In this document: positions 19,301 to 30,000 of the stretch, one piece after another
Layout of the letters: each line of letters opens with the position of its first letter
Position numbering within the stretch: position 1 is the first letter of the stretch
Source: a virus
IMG/VR virus record: IMGVR_UViG_3300037493_003174
Coordinates: 18,342 to 82,341 of that record
Strand: one strand, 5' to 3'
DNA length: 64,000 nt
Program-made: the position numbers and the translations under genes
The notes under the pieces: model-generated
What the model was told of the DNA's origin: nothing
The model's input: only the letters and a program-made list of their open reading frames with translations
Database searches by the model: none

Positions 19301-22300
19301 AAGTATTCTTTTGGATAAAAGAAACCGTGAGCCTCTTTATAATATGATTAAGCAAAATCTAGAAGCAAAGTTAAAGACTTATGAAACACAATTAGAGGAA
19401 ACTCCAGAGAATGAAGAGAATGAATATAAAAGGGACATACTACAAAACAGAATTAGAATTATACAAACTGGTCTTGAAAACTATGGGGATACAAAATCCG
19501 GACTTGTACAATACCATGTGGAGAATAGTTCTTATGACCTTGTAAGACAAAAGTATACTGCATTAGAACTTGATGAAGAAGGTAATCTTGTTGAACCTGA
19601 GAATGCTACTGATACTGAAAGATATGGTGATCAGAAAGTAAATGATAAGTCACTTATTCAATTAGCTGGTAAGGAGACTCTTTATATTCTAAAGAGTTTG
19701 TATCAAGCAAAGATTAATAAGAAGACAGGTCAAGTAGAGTATGAATACAATGAACTAGGATTCAAGAAGCTTGCTGACTTTAGAAGTACTTGGAATAATA
19801 CAGTAAGAGCAATTGGTGGTATTCAAGATCCACAGCAAATGTATGATAAACTCATGCAAGAAAGTGAAACTGTACCAGAGTTTAAACAACTAGTGCAATC
19901 AAAACTTCCTAACCCAAAAGTATTTACTAACAATGCATTTGAGTTTCAAGCAACAACATCTTTCTGGCAAGACTTTAGTAAAACTAGAGTGCCCTATATT
20001 CAGCTTACTGTGTTTAAAAATCAAATAGGTGAAAAAATTGAGTACAATAATTTTACTGGAGCAGAAATAAAAATTCCTATTTATGAGTATGATGCACAAG
20101 TAACTGAAGCTTCTAATGAAGTTGGGAATATTGTAAGAATGTTTAAAGAGAACTTTAGAGCAAATCAGAACAATCCATATGTAGAAAGAGTTGGTAGAGA
20201 TAATACACCAATGCTTAATCTTGGAAAAGTAGTTGATAGTTTTTCATCTCAAGGTAAATTAGATGTAAATCAATCTTACGGTTTTGCAAGAGCACTTGGA
20301 TTCAACTTGAGTGATTTAAGTATAATTAAGAATACGCTTAAGAAAGATAACAAAACAATTGAAGAATTTGGTCTTCCCTACATATTTGATATTATTAAAA
20401 AATTGCATGAGAAAGAACAACTTCCAAATACCAATAGTACTACAAGAAGTTTGATCAGTAAGTTTAGAGAAAATCCAATTGAAACTTTATCAAAAGGAAT
20501 CCCTGCTAATATTATTAGTACTTCAGAAATTATACAGAAAAATAAAGTAATTGCAATTGCAAGTCTTGAAGCAAGATATGGTACTAGAACTTCTAATTCT
20601 ATGGTACTTAATGCTGAAAAGAATCTTGTCTCTGAATTTATTGATAATCATACAATTAGCAAACAGGTATATGCATTAAACAATGCAAAGAAACTTTCTG
20701 ATCTTTGGACTACTGATGAATTTAAGCATATGTCTTATATGGATCCTGCTATTAACTCTTACACAAATAGATTAGGAATAATTAGATCATTGTATGACTT
20801 AAAGTCTCCTGAGCAATCAAGAAGAACAACAAGATCATTCTTGTTATTTGCAAACTCTGGAACTCAAGTTGAGAATGAAGATGGATTTAATACAACTAGT
20901 TTAGATGTAAATAGTAAGATGATTCAGGAAATGCATACTATGTTGAAAGACGGTGTGCAAGAATTTATGAGACATGCTTCTAAGTCATCTTCATTTGGTG
21001 CTAGAATTGAAGGAGGAGTTATTGGTCTACCAGGTAAAGAAGGTGGAGACAATAAGCTTTGGGTTGACCTTGACATGTTTGGTAAAGGAACTGCATTTGA
21101 TTATGCATTAAAGTCTCATTTACTTCCTTACATGGAAGCAGAGGCTGAAAGAATCTACAGATTCAAGATTAACAAAGATGAGTTTAAGAAATATGCTGGC
21201 TATAATAGAGTGCTCAGTAGTGGAAAGATGGCTGGTGAAGAATTTACAGCCTTTGATGATGTTATCTCAGATTCATTAAAGAAACAAATCTATGATGCTA
21301 TTGACTCTGCAGTTAAGAACAAGACTCTATTTAATTTATCTAGTTTCTTAAAACAAGATACTACAGGTGCACTTGGTGTATTAAGAGGAGATGTAAAGAA
21401 ATATTTTGATGAGCAAACTAAAGAAAATCTTGAGATGCTTCAGGAATCAAAGTATATTTCTCAAGATCTTAAAGATAGAATGAAAATATTTAATCTATCA
21501 GATGATCAAGTAGAACAAAAGCTTGTTGAAACATTTACATATAACTCTTGGATACATAACTTTGAAATGGGTATTCTTTTCTATGGTGACTTTGCTCAAT
21601 ACAACCACTACAAAGAAGAGATGCACAAAAGAAATACTGGAGCTACATCCGGGGGCCGTGGGTTTAGATCTGACATAGCAGCAAGAAACTTTGTTAATGG
21701 TTACTTAGCTACTACATCTTATGCTAAAAAACAAGGCATTTCTGCTATTGCATATAATGGTACATTCAATACTGCAATTATTCAAGATGTAATTAGAGAT
21801 TCAGAATATCTTGGACAAATTGAGAAAGGTCTTAGAAAAGACTATGAAAAAAGATATAAGAATGCAGGTGTTCCAAATGCTGAAAAGGTAATTAATGAAA
21901 GATTAAAGATAGAACTTAGTAAGTATAAAGGAATGGAAGAAGGAGATGGGCAAGGCTTTATCACCTTTGATGCATATCGGACACTAAGACACCTTGAAAA
22001 TGCTTGGTCTAATGAGCAAGAAATATTATTTCAAAGAATTGCTAAAGGAGACAATGTAACTACAAGTGAGATTAAAGAACTCTTCCCTGTATACAAAGTA
22101 CAACACTTTGGTAACTTAGCTAATACTGGTCTTCCAATAAATGCAATGCACAAGTTTGCATTAGCTCCGTTAATTCCTAGTGTTATTGCTGGTTCAGATC
22201 TTGAGAATCTTCATAGACAAATGATGACTAAGAATATTCAGTATGTTACATTTCAAACCGGTTCTAAAGTAGGTAGTGTTACATCTGAAGTAAATGATAA

Positions 22301-25300
22301 AGGTGAAGCAGTAGCTGATAAAATTTATGATGATAAAGATCAAAAGTCTTTAAAAAGAGATATTGCATTTACTCCAAATGTTATTTACCTTGAGAATCTT
22401 AAGAATGTAACTAATGTACCTAACAAGTTTAAAAACAAAACTGTGTTCTCAACTCAGTTAAGAAAATTGATCTTGGGAGGTATGTATAGAAATGGTAAGA
22501 TTATCAATCCTAAAAACTCAGTTGCAGTAAAATCATATGAAGCTGCAGTTGATGCTTATAGTAATATCCTAAAGCTTGAATTACTTCATGAAATTGGATA
22601 TGAATATAATCCAAAAACTAAAAAGTATACTGGAAACATACAAGACTTCTTAGAGGTTGTTCAAAGAGAACTTGAAAGAAAAGATCTTCCTGAGCATTTA
22701 ATACAAATGGTAGGGCTCAATAGAGATAAGTCTATTAAGACTGATTTGTCTCTGCACCTTAAAGCTGATGATATTGAAAAGATTCTTGTTTCTCTTGTAG
22801 AAAAAAGATTGATCAAACAAAAAGTAAAAGGTGAAGCATTAGTTCAAGTTGCTAGTTCTATGTCCAATGGAATGTGGGATAACAAACTTAAGAAAGCTAC
22901 TAATGCAGATATATTAAAGTACATGGGTACTAATAATTTGCCTTTCTATAATAATGATACAGCTGATGGTAAGACTGCAGCAATGAAAGTTGCTGTTGCA
23001 CTTCAAGGAGACTTTGCTAACTTGCTTAAACTTAACCACTTAGATGGTGAAGTAATTGGTACAAGACAAAGACTTAATGAAATGATTAAGGATGACAAGT
23101 GGATGGATTTAGATAACAACCGTAAAGCAGTAACAATATCTGCAGTACGTATCCCAGTTCAGGGTATTAACTCAATGGAATTCATGGAAATCTATGACTT
23201 CTTAGATCCAGCTGCAGGAAATATTATTATTCCACCATCAGAAATTGTTGCTAAGTCAGGAGCCGATTATGATGTTGATAAGTTGACAACATTTATGCCT
23301 AGCATAGATAGTAATGGTCAATATGTTGAAACAGGATTGACTAATGATGAAGTTCTTAAAAAAGTAAATGAATTATCTGGAAATGAAAGAGGAAGTAAAG
23401 TTGCCAGAGCTTTAATTAAGAAACAGAAAGCAGCTTTAGAAAACAGATTAATTAATACAATCAAAAGCATTCTTGAGTTGCCAGATAATTATGCAGCATT
23501 AGTAAGACCAAATGATACATACTTACTTAAAGATGAGATAGCTGATGTAATTCAAGATGATGTTATTGAGTATAACAGATTTAAGAATGTAAACAGTAAG
23601 GATTACAGAGTTAATAAGAAAGGTGAAAAAGTAATTAGCCCAACAAGAATTCTTGAGTCACGCTACAACTTACACAAACATGATGTAAACACAATTGCTA
23701 AGAGAGTATTAGGTATGATCGCTATAGAAAATGCATTACACCCAATCTTTAATTCAATTGGTGTATCTATGCCTGCAACATATAAAGATTCAATCTTTGA
23801 TGATTCACTTGGAAGATATGTTGATGGAAAAAATGACTATGATGTAAGACTAATGTTGCCTCATAATAAAACTGATGACGGTAGAGTTTCTCTTTCAGGT
23901 ACAGATACTGTAGATGGTATGGACAACATTGGTGAATTATTTTCACAAATGATGAATGGTGCTGTGGATGTTGAGAAAGATGCATGGATATTCTTTATCC
24001 AGGGTAACTATGAGATTACTCCAATGATTACTTTCTTACTAAAAGCTGGTGTGCCTAAAGAAACTGCAATTCTATTTGCCTCAAATCCAATTGTTAGAGA
24101 GTATGCAAAACAACAAAGAATAATTAAAAGTGCATACTCAAAAGTTACAGGAACAATTGCTGAAAATTTTATTCCAACTATGGGTAAATATCAAGCTGCA
24201 GTAAATGCTTTAGCAAAGTTTGGAATTAAAGATGGAGCACAGAAAGTAAGTCAGAAAAAATATTATAATGCTGTTACTAAAGCAACTGGTGCTTCAGGTA
24301 TTTTAAATTCTAAAGGTGAGTTTGATCTTGAATTAATGAAAAAAATCATTAAGAATCCAAATGAACCATCTTTGAGAAATCATATGGAAGCAATGTTCCT
24401 TCACTTTATTGAGCTTGAAAAATCTAGCCGTGGATTCACTACACTTAAGTTCTTATCTAATCCAGATACTAAGACTTCTAAAACTTTACAAGAAGTAATA
24501 AGAAGAAATATGTCATTAGAGGATGCTAAAGCAATGTCAAAAATTGAAGAAGGCACAGTAGATAAATTAAAAGAAACTGTACTTGGTACTTTCTTTGACA
24601 ATAAACTAATTAGTGATCTTATTGTTCCATTATTTCCACTTAGAAATAATGATACTGTAACTAACTTTATTTTGAAAACAAGTGCTGAAAGAGCAGGTGC
24701 AGTTGCAAAAAGATTTGGAAAAGGTCAGGACGGAACTAGAAGTTTTATTACTCAGTTCAAAAATGCTATTCCAAACTACATCTTCCAGAATTATATGTCC
24801 AACTTTGTTGATGAGAATGGTAAACTAACAAGTATGCCTAAGAACTTTAATAAGATGGATGTTGTTAGTAAAGTTGGAGTAAAGAATGGGGCAGAGATCA
24901 TTAATGGGAAATTGTTTGTAGATGACGCAAGGCTTAGAAAAGAGTATCAAGAAGGTTTGTATTATAGGAACAATACCATGCCTGGTAATTATTCTGAAAG
25001 TGGATTAAGAGGACTTGGAGCTTTAGTAATCTTTGAATCAGAAGCTGCCTATTTCAGATATGTATTTGAAAGAGAGAATCAAAGAAATTTATATTCACTT
25101 GAGTCTTTATTAAAAAACAAAGACTTTAAAAAAATGCGTGAGTTAACTGCCAATGATAAAGAAGCTTATGAAGCTTACATAAATCAAAGAGCATTAATTA
25201 ATGCATTCAATAGAGTAGCAATCATGGGTCTTGAGGGCCAGTCATATACAGACATGGTCTTAGATATGATAGAAGAATTCTCTCAACTTAAAGGAAGATA

Positions 25301-27041
25301 CCCAATCTTAAGTCAGTTTACTATACCAAACATTAAGACTGGAGAAAGAGTTTTGACTTTGAATGATAAAGCTATGTTGAAAGATCCTCAGTTAGCAGAG
25401 ATTTACTTTGAAAATCTGAAAGATTTGGCTGATGAGAATGTAAAGAAAGTTACAGATACTGAAGATAACAAAAGAATCAGTAAACTTTTTGGCCTGCTCC
25501 CTATAATGAGCATGTATCAACATGGTATAGGGTACAGTAAGTATGGATTTAATGAAGCACTTCCATATGAAGGCTTTATTGGTGTAATGCAAACTGCATC
25601 TGAGATCTTTATGAAGAGTCAGTTAAACAATGATACTCTTGGAAACATCTTTGAGTTAATGCTTGATTCACCTAATAGAGACTTTACTAATTTTGTAAGA
25701 GATCCTAAGACATATATTGCTCCTAAACCAGTTGTTCAACCTGTAGAAGAAGAAGTAATCATGGATGCTAATACTCCAATGATTGAAGACATGCTTGCTA
25801 TGGCTCAGAGTGCTGAAGAAGTTCCTACTCAGAGTGATATAAAAATTCCTAAAGTTGGAGACATTGTTACAATAAGTTTTTATATAAAAGGTGAAGATGT
25901 TGATGTAAAAGCAAAAATAGTGAAATTAGAAAACTATCTTGAAGCAAACATTTATAATAAAGGCTTTGAAGTAGATTTAGAAAATATCAAAACTGGTAAA
26001 AAATATGAAATATATGTAGATCCTGATGGAATTATTTCTCAATTTCAAGGTGAAAAAGGTTTAAGAATTGGAACTGATAACTATATAAAAGAATTTGATA
26101 TAGATTTACAAACTAAAACAACAACTACTACTCAACCATCTACTAGTGTTAAAGAAGTTATTCCAACTTATGGAGCTGTGCAAGTTGCAACTAATCCTAC
26201 AAAAGAGTTTGACAAGTATTTAACTGATGCAATTTCAGATAATATTAAAAATAATGCCTATGTTGAAAACGGTAGTAGCTCAGCTAATTTAATGTTTAGC
26301 TATGGATGGCAATGGAAAGGTAACAACTCTAAACAAGTTATTGGAGATAAACTTATTGTACAACCGGCTCAAGTAGATTTTAGTGGTAAAGGAAATCCTG
26401 TTGCCGTTAAGTCTAAATATTTTTATGATTCTAAGTATAATGATGGTGCTACAGTGCCAAATATATCAGAACTAGATTTTTTAAAGAAACATATTGAAAA
26501 GAATTTAGGTATTGACATGTCTGATTATGACATTGCTTTAAATAATATTTATACGCAGGGAACTAATTTATTCAGACATACTGATATTGATGAATCTAAT
26601 ACTGCAAAAAACTATCCAGTTGTTGTTTATGTTTTAGGAAATGAACATAAAGTAAGAATAGATGACAATGGTGGAGGTGCTGTAAGAGGTATGGGAGAAA
26701 TGGTTAATCCAAAAACTTTAACATTAAAGAATGGAGATATTTATACATTTGGTATGAATGGTAAAGGTAGATTTGAAGCTGTACATGATGTTATTAGAAC
26801 AAATAAAACAGATGATACTTTTCCACCAATAACTTTACCTGATGGAAGAACCATAAATAAGTATACAGTTACTTTTACATTCAGAAGAGCCGCTGATTTA
26901 GAACCAGGTATGCCAACTACACCCGCTAAGATTACACCTACTCAACAATCTACAGATACTCCTATAACAGAAACAATTACAAACAAAAATACACCTGAAG
27001 GTTTACCGGGAATTGATAGAACATCATCTGATTGTCAATAA
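16377..27041 (+). CDS. Virion-packaged single-chain two-barrel RNA polymerase with zincin domain and C-terminal AlkB-like 2OG-Fe(II) domain
   Basis: 3554 aa; RIPVQG and SGADYDVDK (DxDxD at 23265-23279, like DFDID of phi14:2 gp66); DGQGFI and KVG motifs; HEAWH...EELLAEEF zincin (18795-18809); HTD...H...TFR near the C-terminus. Confidence 0.88.
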   Translation: MKIQCALSESQIKKLYSNVYGNMVEQGDAFNPEQYMKDLFNKIAKNSDVDTAAKFMQQVPSMIGTASFRPALEDFEIKTDSLKPLIKKFKKSENGIDNTVKFFRPQLDPDVEKELIEKKALSAFHIAEKTSDTVPADPFNYQTYSSLSTTFQEFISKNPNEDIQTETFDPGRRTIYSTLAAIREEANNNTPLRELVYQDTILKLKPVRLSEVDENLLDKTTKRLVNRAAYLKGSGQAQSYVTTPDNIFLMVISDKDGIPLQFNEQGDIVAEGGQLVYQFLREVRKDGNKFKVTDIYGRSEQIIDPAILAEKSGITLEEAQVRQQDEFKELYEFREKLIKGDSPLVDIVGVSQGISEIKPNALNLSNISIILEDNDHAIRTLSVVKSPRSGFEKGEGVITIKGVEYKVDRPNLTAELTKKIATVLTNKELTNKEKYDYVSQLLADKASNDTRKHELEYLEKTDKLMFSYSPTTFAEGYSKFIDVDLNSPEAFQQITDALTNASGKDGKYFSAKMTYSDNAIEKGYQDYDLATNTLSDDYQDYFALIKGLPNTKIFADISIDSRSFNSYMGFAIPNQFTEQLAKAQESTETVNKDDFFESMVDESLTPGEEMFNTLMKEAISTEARGWKTIVDQETGKLHKDNYYMSTYLTNQLKNNARRFTKETMQEVLDNYSTFRRPSKTEMEIIQKEFDKAFAPQVTKAKSIEEVQNEINSYIDPKNVPTPESNGPGDAFFLRKGDLPSDVSTEQVEDAKQWWANSPLNKHIGLKQVANIVNSNAYARFIAYGAALNGNLGMIEVAATGNMVDVYHEAWHGFSQLYLTKAEKKALYNEVLRRTGKSLSFFEIEELLAEEFRDYAKNQKTVKDAPKRNSLFRKILDFLKALFGKGSVTNLSEISTVKELFDNLYLGKNLNNYTPLIDNVMFDLLYRNSGIVKPGTETDQVLNRQDSNLLKDSMDSIISDIIDNEVSKRDNKGATLSILLDKRNREPLYNMIKQNLEAKLKTYETQLEETPENEENEYKRDILQNRIRIIQTGLENYGDTKSGLVQYHVENSSYDLVRQKYTALELDEEGNLVEPENATDTERYGDQKVNDKSLIQLAGKETLYILKSLYQAKINKKTGQVEYEYNELGFKKLADFRSTWNNTVRAIGGIQDPQQMYDKLMQESETVPEFKQLVQSKLPNPKVFTNNAFEFQATTSFWQDFSKTRVPYIQLTVFKNQIGEKIEYNNFTGAEIKIPIYEYDAQVTEASNEVGNIVRMFKENFRANQNNPYVERVGRDNTPMLNLGKVVDSFSSQGKLDVNQSYGFARALGFNLSDLSIIKNTLKKDNKTIEEFGLPYIFDIIKKLHEKEQLPNTNSTTRSLISKFRENPIETLSKGIPANIISTSEIIQKNKVIAIASLEARYGTRTSNSMVLNAEKNLVSEFIDNHTISKQVYALNNAKKLSDLWTTDEFKHMSYMDPAINSYTNRLGIIRSLYDLKSPEQSRRTTRSFLLFANSGTQVENEDGFNTTSLDVNSKMIQEMHTMLKDGVQEFMRHASKSSSFGARIEGGVIGLPGKEGGDNKLWVDLDMFGKGTAFDYALKSHLLPYMEAEAERIYRFKINKDEFKKYAGYNRVLSSGKMAGEEFTAFDDVISDSLKKQIYDAIDSAVKNKTLFNLSSFLKQDTTGALGVLRGDVKKYFDEQTKENLEMLQESKYISQDLKDRMKIFNLSDDQVEQKLVETFTYNSWIHNFEMGILFYGDFAQYNHYKEEMHKRNTGATSGGRGFRSDIAARNFVNGYLATTSYAKKQGISAIAYNGTFNTAIIQDVIRDSEYLGQIEKGLRKDYEKRYKNAGVPNAEKVINERLKIELSKYKGMEEGDGQGFITFDAYRTLRHLENAWSNEQEILFQRIAKGDNVTTSEIKELFPVYKVQHFGNLANTGLPINAMHKFALAPLIPSVIAGSDLENLHRQMMTKNIQYVTFQTGSKVGSVTSEVNDKGEAVADKIYDDKDQKSLKRDIAFTPNVIYLENLKNVTNVPNKFKNKTVFSTQLRKLILGGMYRNGKIINPKNSVAVKSYEAAVDAYSNILKLELLHEIGYEYNPKTKKYTGNIQDFLEVVQRELERKDLPEHLIQMVGLNRDKSIKTDLSLHLKADDIEKILVSLVEKRLIKQKVKGEALVQVASSMSNGMWDNKLKKATNADILKYMGTNNLPFYNNDTADGKTAAMKVAVALQGDFANLLKLNHLDGEVIGTRQRLNEMIKDDKWMDLDNNRKAVTISAVRIPVQGINSMEFMEIYDFLDPAAGNIIIPPSEIVAKSGADYDVDKLTTFMPSIDSNGQYVETGLTNDEVLKKVNELSGNERGSKVARALIKKQKAALENRLINTIKSILELPDNYAALVRPNDTYLLKDEIADVIQDDVIEYNRFKNVNSKDYRVNKKGEKVISPTRILESRYNLHKHDVNTIAKRVLGMIAIENALHPIFNSIGVSMPATYKDSIFDDSLGRYVDGKNDYDVRLMLPHNKTDDGRVSLSGTDTVDGMDNIGELFSQMMNGAVDVEKDAWIFFIQGNYEITPMITFLLKAGVPKETAILFASNPIVREYAKQQRIIKSAYSKVTGTIAENFIPTMGKYQAAVNALAKFGIKDGAQKVSQKKYYNAVTKATGASGILNSKGEFDLELMKKIIKNPNEPSLRNHMEAMFLHFIELEKSSRGFTTLKFLSNPDTKTSKTLQEVIRRNMSLEDAKAMSKIEEGTVDKLKETVLGTFFDNKLISDLIVPLFPLRNNDTVTNFILKTSAERAGAVAKRFGKGQDGTRSFITQFKNAIPNYIFQNYMSNFVDENGKLTSMPKNFNKMDVVSKVGVKNGAEIINGKLFVDDARLRKEYQEGLYYRNNTMPGNYSESGLRGLGALVIFESEAAYFRYVFERENQRNLYSLESLLKNKDFKKMRELTANDKEAYEAYINQRALINAFNRVAIMGLEGQSYTDMVLDMIEEFSQLKGRYPILSQFTIPNIKTGERVLTLNDKAMLKDPQLAEIYFENLKDLADENVKKVTDTEDNKRISKLFGLLPIMSMYQHGIGYSKYGFNEALPYEGFIGVMQTASEIFMKSQLNNDTLGNIFELMLDSPNRDFTNFVRDPKTYIAPKPVVQPVEEEVIMDANTPMIEDMLAMAQSAEEVPTQSDIKIPKVGDIVTISFYIKGEDVDVKAKIVKLENYLEANIYNKGFEVDLENIKTGKKYEIYVDPDGIISQFQGEKGLRIGTDNYIKEFDIDLQTKTTTTTQPSTSVKEVIPTYGAVQVATNPTKEFDKYLTDAISDNIKNNAYVENGSSSANLMFSYGWQWKGNNSKQVIGDKLIVQPAQVDFSGKGNPVAVKSKYFYDSKYNDGATVPNISELDFLKKHIEKNLGIDMSDYDIALNNIYTQGTNLFRHTDIDESNTAKNYPVVVYVLGNEHKVRIDDNGGGAVRGMGEMVNPKTLTLKNGDIYTFGMNGKGRFEAVHDVIRTNKTDDTFPPITLPDGRTINKYTVTFTFRRAADLEPGMPTTPAKITPTQQSTDTPITETITNKNTPEGLPGIDRTSSDCQ
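26128..26953 (+). repeat. 16-bp direct repeats CTACTCAAC(C/A)ATCTAC flanking the AlkB-like domain
   Basis: Copies at 26128-26143 and 26938-26953, 15/16 identical, 810 bp apart, same codon phase. Confidence 0.65.
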
Positions 27042-27054
27042 AATTTAGTATATT
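27039..27054 (+). promoter_or_regulatory. Putative late promoter motif TAAAATTTAGTATATT
   Basis: Identical to 1895-1910, with the same spacing to the ATG. Confidence 0.6.
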
Positions 27055-27070
27055 TAATTAAAGAAAAGAT

Positions 27071-30000
27071 ATGCCTTGTCCAAATAAAATAAGATCAAAT
27101 TTATTTAATGAAGTTCTTGCAAAAGCTACGCCTGCTAAAAGTATGTCTATAGAAGGTGCAAGAGAATTAGCAAGAACTCTTAATAGAGAGTATGGTGCTA
27201 GTGTAGTGACTGTAGAACTAGGTGATGTTATAGAAGTAAATGTATCTATACCAGAATCACTTGTTAATACATACTATGCAAGTGAGTTGGCTATTGAGAT
27301 GAGAGAACTTGCACAAGCTGAAAAAGAAGCAAGAGCAATGCAGAGAGAAGATGCTGAACGCGCAGGTGTTGAGTATACTGATGATTATCTTAAAGATGAA
27401 GACTTAGCAGAAATATTTACTGAAGAACAAGTACAAGCTGCAAGAGATCAAGAGATAGCAATGAAGTTAGGTCAGAAGTTTAAAAATGCTTTTGGTATTG
27501 ACTACAAAATAGTTTCTCCATCTGAGGCTGCCATTATTCTAAAAGATAGTCCAACTCCATTTACTGTAGGCACTGCAGGTTTCTTTTATGGTAACCAGGT
27601 ATATTTTGTTAAGGGTTATTTCAACTCAAATTCAGTAATGCATGAATTTAGTCACCCTTTAATTAAAGGTATACAGTATCAGAATCCAAAATTATTTGAA
27701 AACTTATATGCTCAGTTAGCTACATCAGCAAATGGTCAAGCAGCAATTCAGTATGTAAAAGATCAGTATCCTGAATTAGAAGAAGGAACAATTAGATTTA
27801 AAGAGGAAGCTATTGTTACTGCAATGGAAATGGATGCTCAAATGAAATTGAACAACATCAAATCAGATGACAGTTTATTTAACAAATTTATTCAGAACTT
27901 ACTCTATGCATTAAAGAAAGTTCTTAAAGCTCTAACAAATAAAGTAAATCTTCAGAAGCTTGATACAACTACAACTCTTGATCAGTTAGTTGATATGATG
28001 ATTAATGAAGACTTTGTTATTCAGGATCTCAACTTCCAACAAAGTTTATTTGCAGAGTTCAAAAAAGAAACAGATCAGTTCTTAAAAGAATTAGAAGAAG
28101 TTACACCAAAGGACTTAATTAAAACTATTGACAAGTTCCATAATGAAATGTCATTCCAGTTGGGCCAGTTAAGAAACTCACCAAAGAAATTAAAAACTGA
28201 GTTAGGTAAAGATGGTATTGATCTTATTAAAAACATCAGAGACTATGTTAAAGGATATAAAACATCCGGAGAAGTTAGTGATGAAGAACTTGAAGTACTT
28301 ATTGAAGCTCTACAAAAAGATGAAAGAGATTTAAGATTGAGATCTCTTGCCTTTATTAACAGTTTAGCTGAGCTTAATGTATTTGCTAGAAGAATAGAAA
28401 AGATCATGAATGATCTAAGAACTTCTAAAGCATACCAGACTGAAGAAGGAAACCAAAAAATCCAGTATTACAAACAGTTCATGGAAAGACAGGTTAAATT
28501 CTTAAGAGATGTTAGCAAGCAGATTGGTCTTGATCCGTCAAATGAGTTGAGTAAAAAGATTTATTCTATCAAAGGTTTGATGGAAAATAATATTGAGAAA
28601 GCAAAAGACATGACATTTGATTATGTTAAAGATTTCTTATTGGATCAGACTCAAGTTATGCAAAGAAATGTTAAAGGGAACTTAGTAGAGAAAATTAATG
28701 ATCTTTTAAAAATTGATGGTTATAATGAAGCAGATAGTCAAAAAATTGTACAAGAGCTTCTTGATAAACTAGATATTGATAAGCAAAGAAATATTACTGA
28801 AGAAACTCTGGGTCTTCCAAATAAAACTCCTAGGTTTAAGTATTACAAAAAAGCAATTCAAAATTATAATGCTAATAAGATTTTAGAAGATACAGTTGAT
28901 GATTACCTAAGAGGTCATGTTAAAGACCTTGGAATGGCTGGTGCTATGCTAAATCCTCTAGGGAATATTAATGACTTGTTTGGATCCTTTGTTCAATACA
29001 TGCGTAAGAAAATTGCTGATGCTGAAGTACAAAGTCAGCAAGAACAAATGAGATTTGTACAAAGTCTTGTACCTGATTTGAATGCCCTAGGGTATAATCC
29101 AAATGATACTTCACAACTTGCAGACTTAGTTTTGTTTGTTGATAAAGAAGGTATAGTAGATGAGGAAGGAAACTATGAAGAGTATGAAGTATATTCATAT
29201 ATTGATAAGTTCAAGAACTGGAGAGCAGATAAAGCTAAACTTCAGGCAGATTTAAAAAAGGCTAAGATTAAAGGAGATAGAGAAGCCATTAAGGAAGCTA
29301 TGCAGGCTATGAGAGATTTTGAAAGAGATCACATGGTCCGTAGATACAAAGATAAAGTATTTGATGTACAGAATATCTGGTTACAGGCTAATGTTATCTA
29401 TGACCCAAGTTCTAAAAAAGATATTGTTATCTCTTCTGACATTGCATTAGATGCATTTACTGAAAAGAAAGAAGCAATTGCTGAGTTAAGTACTTATAAC
29501 TCTAGTGACTTTACAACTCTTGAGGATTTATTAGAATTTACTCCATCCGCGGCAGCTAAAATAAGATACAATGAGCTATTTAATCTTTATGACAATGATG
29601 GTAATTTTAAGCAAGGTGAAGAGTTACAAAGAGTTCTTGTAAGAAGACATCATAGAGAGCAATCTAGAAAGTTCAATGAGTCTGTATCTAATGTTGAAAG
29701 ATTCCAAAAAGACTTTGACAATTTTGTTAATCAAGAATTGGCAGGGTTAGGTATAACTTATGATAGTGATCCTGCAAGATATGAAGCTGAAGTAAAAAAG
29801 TTCCTAGATAAAAACACTAGAATAGCTTATGATGATAGTTACTTCCAAGATAGAAACAGGATCCTTGATAATATTCAGAAGATAAATGATAAAGCAAAAG
29901 GAGCTGACATATCTATTAGACTAGCTGCATTATATGAACAACGCTCTCATATAGTTAATAAGGTTACTGATAAAGATGGGGAGCCAAATGGAACTGAACT

